DNA of 64,000 bases, taken from positions 45,552 to 109,551 of IMG/VR virus record IMGVR_UViG_3300042351_000704; one strand, given 5' to 3'. The stretch comes from a virus. Of the stretch, positions 57,414 through 64,000 are shown in pieces. Position 1 is the first letter of the stretch; every line of letters begins with the position of its first letter. A program made the translations under genes and the position numbers. The notes under the pieces were generated by a model, which was not told where the DNA came from, made no database searches, and worked only from the letters and a program-made list of their open reading frames with translations.

Positions 57414-58138
57414 AAAAATTCTTATTGATACTGCTGTTTATAACGCTGATGCTTATCAACGGGATAAATGCACAGCAGATTGCGGCTACCAAGACAGAGC
57501 AGTATAAAGCCAGCTTTGAAAAAGCTATTGACATTTCACAGTTCCTGGACTATGATGGTCCACAGATTCCTGTGCAGATACTCAAGTGCGGTATATCAGA
57601 TGAGATGTATGAACTCTATCCGGAGCTCAAAGAGAAACGAGTAGGCCTTGGTGTGGCCAATATTTCTATGGAATATTTAGAGAACCTAAACAGGTTCAAG
57701 TTTACAGAAGATAAAACAGAGATCAAGAACCGTATGGTAAAACAGTTCCAGGCATCACAAGCCGGGATCTCCGAGAACAAATTAGATGGACGTGGCAAGA
57801 TCAACCTTGCCAAGTACTTTGTTACTATAGAATGTTATGATTACTCTGTATCAGAAGATGAAACGATTTCACTTAAGGATGGTACAAAGCAACTCATGGT
57901 TACGCGTATTGGTTTACAGGTCAGATTCACTGATGCTGAAACTGGTGTGGTGTTTTCAGGTTCTGGTCTTGGCGATGCAAAAACTACGAAAGAAGTAGCC
58001 GGCATCACCTCTGACGCTACCCTGGACCCGGTTAAGTTTAACCAGTCTACTATCTCCATTGCTACAAAAAAAGCTCTTGACATAGCGTGCGCCAGGATCC
58101 TGGATCGCATGATCAAGAAAGGAATCTTTACGAAGTAA
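57410..58138 (+). CDS. CsgG-family (curli assembly/transport-like) exported protein
   Basis: Signal peptide INA-Q; GLGVANI..EYL..LNRF, AKYFVTIECYDY, RIGLQVRFTDAETGVVF.G.G follow the CsgG/TolB-N pattern. Confidence 0.72.
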   Translation: MKKFLLILLFITLMLINGINAQQIAATKTEQYKASFEKAIDISQFLDYDGPQIPVQILKCGISDEMYELYPELKEKRVGLGVANISMEYLENLNRFKFTEDKTEIKNRMVKQFQASQAGISENKLDGRGKINLAKYFVTIECYDYSVSEDETISLKDGTKQLMVTRIGLQVRFTDAETGVVFSGSGLGDAKTTKEVAGITSDATLDPVKFNQSTISIATKKALDIACARILDRMIKKGIFTK

Positions 58139-59421
58139 TGTGGAGGGGCCTATGTGTTGTTTTGTTCATATTATTTTCTAGCGCTTATGCTAACGGCCAG
58201 GTCATTGTACAAACGTTCACAGACCCTTGTACTAAAACAGTTTCTACGTTTACAATCCCTCTTACTGGCAGCACTGTCATTATTTTTTACAATAAGTCTA
58301 GGACTTTTACTGCTGCTGATGTACAGTCTGGTGAATTTACTAGGTGGATCAATCAGGTGTATGAAGACTACCGCAAATTATCTCCGTGTTCTGTGGCTCA
58401 AGCTGCAGCTACTAGCACTCAAATTACAGCCACTGCTGTATCTGCTGCAGTAAGTTCAGCAGCCAGTGCCGCTGCGTCAACAGCAGCCGCTTCTGCAGCG
58501 TCTTCTGCTGCTTCCAGTGCTGCCTCATCGGCAGCCAGCTCTGCGGGCAGTTCTGCCGCAAGTTCAGCTTCTTCCTCCGCCAGTAGCTCTGCCGCTAGTT
58601 CAAGCAATTCTCAAGGATCGAGCTCAGAGTCTAGCAGCAGCAGCTCTAGCAGCGGGGAAAGTTCTTCAAGTTCAGAGTCTTCTTCAAGTTCAGACTCTAA
58701 GAGTGAATCTAAAAGTGAAAGTAAGTCAGAGTCTAAGAGCTCTTCTAAAGGCTCTTCTAAAGGGGGTGGTAGGGCAGCTGCCCGTGTAAACCCAATATTG
58801 TTTAATTCCGACTTTACAGGGGGTCAATCCCTGGACAAGTCTGTGAATGTTATTGCTACGTTTGGAATGTCCCAGTCATCTATGACCGGACAGTCATCCT
58901 GGGGTGTAACCGGGATGGTATGGAGTAACCTGCAACAGTTTGCACTGAGCTCCAGGTATACTAAAATGAATTTTCAGGAAGGTAAACTACAGAGCATCTC
59001 CAACTGGGGTGCTACGGTTGCTTCCGCCTTTGGGAGCCATTTTGGCTTTATTACTTATGCCTACATTTATCCCAACAAGTGGGGTGTAGCTGGTGTCAAC
59101 ACTACAATATCTGTTGCCAAGGCTGAAGACGAGTATAGTGTTACTAACTCTATGCTTTTTTTCTTTACCAAGTCTTTTCCTATTAATAAAAAGCTCAGTA
59201 TTTCTCCGGATATCTACATGTCCGGAAGTCCGCTTACGTATCTGACTAAACAGCGAGCATTTGTGGAGTCTCCTGACATGGGATTCATGACAGGTGCTGC
59301 TGTAGATTATGCACTGACTAAGCGGTTTAAGTTTAACATAGGTGTCCGGACCAGTATCTCTACTAATCCGGACTTACCCATATTAATTTTTGGTGTCATA
59401 GGCTCTAAGATGAACCTATAA
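58138..59421 (+). CDS. Exported protein: Cys-paired N-domain, Ser/Ala linker, C-terminal outer-membrane beta-barrel-like domain
   Basis: Signal peptide ANG-Q, DPC...SPC, long low-complexity linker, alternating beta strands. Start refined to 58138 (TAATG overlap). Confidence 0.65.
   Translation: MWRGLCVVLFILFSSAYANGQVIVQTFTDPCTKTVSTFTIPLTGSTVIIFYNKSRTFTAADVQSGEFTRWINQVYEDYRKLSPCSVAQAAATSTQITATAVSAAVSSAASAAASTAAASAASSAASSAASSAASSAGSSAASSASSSASSSAASSSNSQGSSSESSSSSSSSGESSSSSESSSSSDSKSESKSESKSESKSSSKGSSKGGGRAAARVNPILFNSDFTGGQSLDKSVNVIATFGMSQSSMTGQSSWGVTGMVWSNLQQFALSSRYTKMNFQEGKLQSISNWGATVASAFGSHFGFITYAYIYPNKWGVAGVNTTISVAKAEDEYSVTNSMLFFFTKSFPINKKLSISPDIYMSGSPLTYLTKQRAFVESPDMGFMTGAAVDYALTKRFKFNIGVRTSISTNPDLPILIFGVIGSKMNL
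58400..58765 (+). repeat. Low-complexity coding tract (AASS)n, poly-S, (SKSE)n
   Basis: Direct translation; synonymous codons vary, so the repeat is at protein level. Confidence 0.85.
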
Positions 59422-59730
59422 CTATTTTATTCTCCACACTCTTCTCTCTCCATTTAGCTGCATACGTGATGTCAGCGTAAACCCTGGTCTTATGCGTGCA
59501 AATTGCTTTGCTGCATAATGTAGGGTGTTGGGTTTCTTTGCAACAGGGTCTTTAGATGGTACAATAAAACTGTCTCCTGGCTTCATTATCTCAAAGGGGA
59601 ACTTGTCTCTCAATGACGATAAACGTATGCCAGTAATTTCTACGCCATGCTCTACAAGATATGCCCAGTTCTTACTGGATTTTGCAGAGCCATTGTTGTT
59701 TTTGGGTGTTCTTTTTTTTGGTGTATTCAT
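59422..59730 (-). CDS. Small basic DNA-binding-like phage protein
   Basis: KFPFEIMKPGDSFIVP...RRVWRIK, a common small phage protein pattern. Confidence 0.7.
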   Translation of the reverse strand: MNTPKKRTPKNNNGSAKSSKNWAYLVEHGVEITGIRLSSLRDKFPFEIMKPGDSFIVPSKDPVAKKPNTLHYAAKQFARIRPGFTLTSRMQLNGERRVWRIK

Positions 59731-59820
59731 ACTGTATTTTTTGATGGCTCAATATAAAATGCATCCTGAAAACACCCCATAAAACCTTTTTTGCAGGTAA
59801 TTAGGTAACGAGTTGGTTAC

Positions 59821-61326
59821 CTAGACAGCTTTTCCATCTAACCCTACTTGATATATACGTGATCCGTTAAATATGATACATTGTCCTTTATCCATGTACT
59901 TCTCGTCAAAGGAGTTAAACCTTGCTCCTTCTACACCAATAAAGAATGCTTTTTCTGAGTAGATGCTGCAATGATCTTCTGCATCAGTAATCACTAAAGC
60001 GTTGTTACCTATAAGTTCAATGTTACGTACTGCGTTGTCAATAGTTGTACCGCCACCACAATCTATCATAGAGATAGATATCAGGTCGTTGCGGTATTTC
60101 TTAACGCGTGTATCAAACAAGTAGACATCGTTTAGCATGTCCAGTTGTTTTAGTTTAGCAACCATAGACTTAGCAAAATCTATCTTGGAGATATACCTGT
60201 CTTCTGTATTCACTACACCACAGCTGCTGGACATAGATCCTGATACATCTATATAGACATCGATCTTGCCCACATACTTGTAGTCTTTGATCTGGATGTC
60301 TTCTAAAAATATCGTACGTAGCTTGGGATGCAGTAGTATATAATCTTCAAGTCCGGAAACATCCTGGGAGTTAAGCAGATCATCATAGATGGTTTCTTTG
60401 CGTGCAGAAAAATATGCAGCACTCTTGTCCAAAAGCTTTTGTAACTTTTCTTTGAGTGAACCCATAGAGATATTAATACGCTCGAGTCTTTCAGCAACTT
60501 TTCGGAAATAATCCGGAGAGAGCTTTGCAGGTTGACCGCTACCACCTTTATAGGAGTCTTCAAAAAGTTTTTCCTGGGTTTCTTTATCAACGTGCTGGTC
60601 CATCATATTACAGGTATCCTGTGCATCTTTCATAGCTTTATCCAGCATGTTCTTGCTCAGCTGATTGTTGAGCATTTTATCCATGGCATTGTCGATATCG
60701 TCTTGGTTGAACTGATTATCGTCACCACCACCCAGACCGTTCTGCATTTGCTGATGAGCTTCCGGATCAATGTATTCCATCATGGTCATCTGCATCATGT
60801 AGTAGAGCATCATCTGTTTGGTAAAGATGGCGCTTTTTAGGTTGGACCCTTCAGACATAATCTTACCTACAGGATTGTTAGCTTTCTCTAGGAACTTGTA
60901 ACGCGTATTGTTTTTATCAGTACGCTCTTCAAATTCAAGCTTGTCGATCTTGTTGTAATACATCTTGTGAATGTCATACTTCATGTGCTCAGGAAACTTT
61001 CTATAGTTCTGTTGCAGCTTGGTATGAAATGCATTCATGTCAGGTTTTTTATCCTGGTCTAGTTTATCAAAAGCTGTACTGCGGGCAAACCGGTTGTAGT
61101 ATTCTTTGATAGACTCCATGCTGTAGATCTCTTTATTCACAATGCTTGAGATCTTGGTCTCATCTATGTAATGGATGTATGGCTTGATAAGATCTGCTTT
61201 TTTATAAAAGTTCAGCTTACCAAACAAACCACCATCATCGGCTTTATAGTGTGATTGTATTTCACCCTTCTTGACTTTCTCAAGGATGGTGTATACGTTT
61301 TTATATTGTTTGCTTTTAGCAGCCAT
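59821..61326 (-). CDS. VWA (MIDAS) domain protein, ViaA-like
   Basis: YIDVSGSMS, GGGTTID, VITDAED; follows a RavA-like ATPase. Confidence 0.85.
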   Translation of the reverse strand: MAAKSKQYKNVYTILEKVKKGEIQSHYKADDGGLFGKLNFYKKADLIKPYIHYIDETKISSIVNKEIYSMESIKEYYNRFARSTAFDKLDQDKKPDMNAFHTKLQQNYRKFPEHMKYDIHKMYYNKIDKLEFEERTDKNNTRYKFLEKANNPVGKIMSEGSNLKSAIFTKQMMLYYMMQMTMMEYIDPEAHQQMQNGLGGGDDNQFNQDDIDNAMDKMLNNQLSKNMLDKAMKDAQDTCNMMDQHVDKETQEKLFEDSYKGGSGQPAKLSPDYFRKVAERLERINISMGSLKEKLQKLLDKSAAYFSARKETIYDDLLNSQDVSGLEDYILLHPKLRTIFLEDIQIKDYKYVGKIDVYIDVSGSMSSSCGVVNTEDRYISKIDFAKSMVAKLKQLDMLNDVYLFDTRVKKYRNDLISISMIDCGGGTTIDNAVRNIELIGNNALVITDAEDHCSIYSEKAFFIGVEGARFNSFDEKYMDKGQCIIFNGSRIYQVGLDGKAV

Positions 61327-61337
61327 ATACTTGATTT

Positions 61338-61372
61338 AAAAAGATGACCGGAGTGTTTAGTTCCGGTCATCT
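61338..61372 (-). terminator. Intrinsic terminator/attenuator between ATPase and VWA genes
   Basis: AGATGACCGGA/TCCGGTCATCT 11-bp stem plus T run on the - strand. Confidence 0.7.
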
Positions 61373-61379
61373 GTGTTAT

Positions 61380-62975
61380 TTAGAATGTTGCTTCAACTGG
61401 CATATCTGATACAACAGATTCTGCAATCATCTGGTCAAACTCTTCTGAAGTTTGATAGTCTTTACGTGCAGGGTGAGTAGAGATGATGTACTGCATGCTC
61501 ATTTCGATTTCTTCCACCTGTCCTTCGTCCATCATATTGCGTGATGTATACGTGTTGATCAGGCTTTCGATCTCAGCTACTGCCAGCTCGAGCTGTTCGT
61601 TGCTGGTGTAAGAATGTAACATCTCCACTTTGCTCATCACAGTCTTTACTTCCGGTGACATCAGTTTATTCTGAAGCTCTGAACCTGCGTTCTGAGAGAT
61701 CATGATCTGTGCTGTCTTTACAAGGGCTTTGTCTGTTGATACATCCCAGATGTAGCTCACTGCTTTGGTAAGCGTTGGTACAAATGTTAGAGTACGGTCA
61801 GAGCTGTGCTGGTAACCCACTTCTAAATACTTTTCCAGCTTGTTGGTTGGTATCTCTACAGCATTGATTTCTGTTTTGGTAGGAATGCCAATCTTGTAGC
61901 TTTCTTTGTATTCGCGTGCACCTTTGTTGTAGTACTTAACTAACTCACCGGCAGATACACGGTTTACAGTGTGTTTCAGCATGAAGCGGTCCCAGAAAGG
62001 AGAGTTTGCTTCTTCTTTAGGAATCTCGTTACAGGTAGCAACAAAAAGCTTCCACTTACATGGGATTTTGTTTTTACCGTTGAAGAGAAACTTCTCGTTC
62101 ATAACACCAAGCATGGCATTACGGATAGCAGAGCTTGCTTTGTCCACCTCGTTGATGATAACGATCTCTGCATCGGCAATCGGTGCATGGATCTCATACT
62201 GGTTCTCGGTGAATAGTTTGTCAAGAGCAGGCATACCCTTGATCTCAGATGCCTTGGTACCTTCATCGGTCTCAAGGATATATATTTTGTTGTTAAAATC
62301 TGCAGCAGACATTTTACCGTCTCTGTTCAACCAGGCTTTTGCATAGTCGAGTACTGATTTGGTTTTAGCAACCCCGGGCTGACCCACTAATAATAATGGC
62401 AGACCGGTACTCTCTGCAAGAGCAAGCATCTTAAATACTTCTTCCTTGTTGATCAAAGAGGTGTCAATACTACGCACTTCCTGTGCTGATTTCTTGTTGA
62501 TTGTCTTAACTTTAGACATGTTCTGATTGAGTTTAAAAGTTTGTGGAGAGTTTTCTGCAGGCATGGGCCTGATAACGAGTTTGAAAGATTCACAAGCAAT
62601 AAACCCGCTGTGAAAGCTGGTATGTTTATTGCCGTTTTCTATATAAGATTTGGTATTACCGATATGAGGGTGCACTTTGACGCCAGCAACGCCTGGATAA
62701 TACATACCCAGTTCAGTGACAGTGGCCTGTATACCGATTTCGTCCTGGCCGCAACCAGAACCGCTTTTGACTACTTCCACTATGTCTCCCACTTCAAATG
62801 GGTTTATCTTTATCATAGTAGAAGAAAGATTAAGTGGTTGAAAGGGTACTTTGGCCCGGACCCATCGCTGTACACCATTAGAAGTTGCAACAATTTCCCA
62901 AGGCATTCCATCATTGCCGTTCATACGTGTACCTACCGGATAACTGGTAGCACTTGCTGTTGGTGATGGTCTCAT
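61380..62975 (-). CDS. RavA/MoxR-type AAA+ ATPase with N-terminal extra domains
   Basis: LLVGQPGVAKT, AEIVIINEVDKASSAIRNAMLGVMNEK, ATCNEIP, FWDRF. Start 62975 follows the upstream stop; possible internal start at 62520. Confidence 0.85.
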   Translation of the reverse strand: MRPSPTASATSYPVGTRMNGNDGMPWEIVATSNGVQRWVRAKVPFQPLNLSSTMIKINPFEVGDIVEVVKSGSGCGQDEIGIQATVTELGMYYPGVAGVKVHPHIGNTKSYIENGNKHTSFHSGFIACESFKLVIRPMPAENSPQTFKLNQNMSKVKTINKKSAQEVRSIDTSLINKEEVFKMLALAESTGLPLLLVGQPGVAKTKSVLDYAKAWLNRDGKMSAADFNNKIYILETDEGTKASEIKGMPALDKLFTENQYEIHAPIADAEIVIINEVDKASSAIRNAMLGVMNEKFLFNGKNKIPCKWKLFVATCNEIPKEEANSPFWDRFMLKHTVNRVSAGELVKYYNKGAREYKESYKIGIPTKTEINAVEIPTNKLEKYLEVGYQHSSDRTLTFVPTLTKAVSYIWDVSTDKALVKTAQIMISQNAGSELQNKLMSPEVKTVMSKVEMLHSYTSNEQLELAVAEIESLINTYTSRNMMDEGQVEEIEMSMQYIISTHPARKDYQTSEEFDQMIAESVVSDMPVEATF

Positions 62976-62976
62976 A

Positions 62977-63324
62977 CTAGAGGTTTGCGAAGGCTGCGAA
63001 TGAATCAGTTTCCACTTCTGTTGTGTTGTGCTCCACAGGTAATAATTGTTCAGGTGTATTATTCCCTGACCCTTGAGGTGCGGGTTGGCTGGTTTCCAAA
63101 GTGGTTTCATTTTTTGTGTCGTCTATGATTACAAATACTCTTGCTGTAGTTTCCAGGTCTCTTAGAGCCGGGTGTTTACGGATGGTGTTGATTTGTATAT
63201 CAGACGCCAAATACTTTTCCTGAATAGAGCCAAAGCCCAGATCGTCCTTCTTAAACCAGGTATAGCCGGTTGCTAATAATTCTTTTATCGTTGTTACGCC
63301 CAGTTGTACTTGTTCTACTGCCAT
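62977..63324 (-). CDS. Hypothetical protein
   Basis: Start refined to MAVEQ. Confidence 0.6.
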   Translation of the reverse strand: MAVEQVQLGVTTIKELLATGYTWFKKDDLGFGSIQEKYLASDIQINTIRKHPALRDLETTARVFVIIDDTKNETTLETSQPAPQGSGNNTPEQLLPVEHNTTEVETDSFAAFANL

Positions 63325-63346
63325 AATAATAGATTTTGTGAGTGTG

Positions 63347-64000
63347 TTACCACTCGATTTTAAACTGAGGACCGTTGTTTTGAGAAATGATTCTGTTGGC
63401 CTCGTTAAACAGATCATTGCAATCCCACATGCTTTTGGTGTAGGCTGCACTTGCAGGGTGTGAAGCTTTGAGTATATAATGACTTTGGTTGATACAACTT
63501 TCGATCTCCTGGGCTTTTTGTCCCAGTAAAACGAATATCAGTCCGGAGTTAGTGAAGTTCAAGATGTCAATAACATACATGATAAAGTCATTCCAGATGT
63601 CGTAGTGTGACCCCACCTTGTCTACCTGGCAAGTCAATGCTTTGTTCAGCATTAAAATGCCCTGGTTGGACCAGCGCTGCAGGTTTGGATCCATATGTGT
63701 AGGATACTCCTGGTATACTGTATGCTCGATAGCTTCAAACATCTTTTGCAAACTGGGTTGCACCTTGGTTCCTTTACTGCAGGAAAAAGCAATACCATCT
63801 GCTACGTCCAGGTAAGGATAAGGATCCTGACCTATCATGACGATACGCAGTTTGTCTACCGGGCACTCTTCAAATGCACGGAACACGTCTCTTAGTGGAG
63901 GAGTGAAACGTTTACCAGCTTCCCGCTCATTGTAGAGTGCTTCCAGGATCTGGTCAAAATGCGTGCTGTTGATAAAGGAACGGAGCTTGGTAGCCCAGCC
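63347..64000 (-). CDS. ung: Uracil-DNA glycosylase, family 1 (5' truncated by window)
   Basis: IGQDPYP, GIAFS, PSL, WSNQGILMLN, SHPAS. Frame stays open to the window edge (GWATKLRSFI...). Confidence 0.93.
   Translation of the reverse strand, partial: GWATKLRSFINSTHFDQILEALYNEREAGKRFTPPLRDVFRAFEECPVDKLRIVMIGQDPYPYLDVADGIAFSCSKGTKVQPSLQKMFEAIEHTVYQEYPTHMDPNLQRWSNQGILMLNKALTCQVDKVGSHYDIWNDFIMYVIDILNFTNSGLIFVLLGQKAQEIESCINQSHYILKASHPASAAYTKSMWDCNDLFNEANRIISQNNGPQFKIEW

Noticed and set aside
58400-58765. Tandem DNA repeat or CRISPR-like array
   Set aside because: Codons vary; it is a protein-level Ser/Ala linker.
53018-59421. A true curli operon
   Set aside because: No CsgA/CsgB curlin repeats or recognisable CsgE/CsgF; only the CsgG-like fold is supported.
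1-64000. Stop-codon reassignment as in some gut crAss-like phages
   Set aside because: Very long ORFs are intact in the standard code, and TAG/TGA end genes at sensible positions (e.g. 59821, 61380, 34152).
1-64000. tRNA/rRNA genes, integrase, transposase
   Set aside because: None recognised; intergenic gaps are short and show no cloverleaf motifs by eye.

Overview
This 64 kb window looks like part of a lytic crAss-like (Crassvirales-related) phage of a Bacteroidetes host. It uses the standard genetic code. Layout: (1) + strand 1-32530, the end of a tail/muzzle-like gene, two modular virion proteins, then five ejection-type proteins including a 3112-aa virion RNA polymerase (DFDID catalytic loop, zincin domain). 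(2) - strand 32531-49834, nucleotide metabolism, repair and replication genes: phosphoesterases, SplB-like radical SAM enzyme, dNMP kinase, family B DNA polymerase, PD-(D/E)xK nuclease, HNH, primase, AAA_24 ATPase, SF4 helicase and a DnaA domain IV protein. (3) + strand 49957-59421, a lysis module followed by an exported-protein operon with two CsgG-like proteins, a cohesin/dockerin-like protein, a T9SS-CTD-like lipoprotein and a beta-barrel. (4) - strand 59422-64000, a RavA/ViaA-like pair and uracil-DNA glycosylase. Main observations: the five ejection proteins (about 7,550 aa) contain only four cysteines, all at matching head-to-tail junctions, suggesting a disulfide-linked protein chain. 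A 1754-aa cargo protein is cut into recognisable domains by about 19 hydrophobic/basic-x-x-G-G motifs. A NADAR domain sits inside an injected protein. The phage encodes a CsgG-type cell-surface operon. A 10-bp box AAGTTCTACA recurs next to Bacteroidetes-type promoters. All family calls come from motif recognition by eye; no searches were run.
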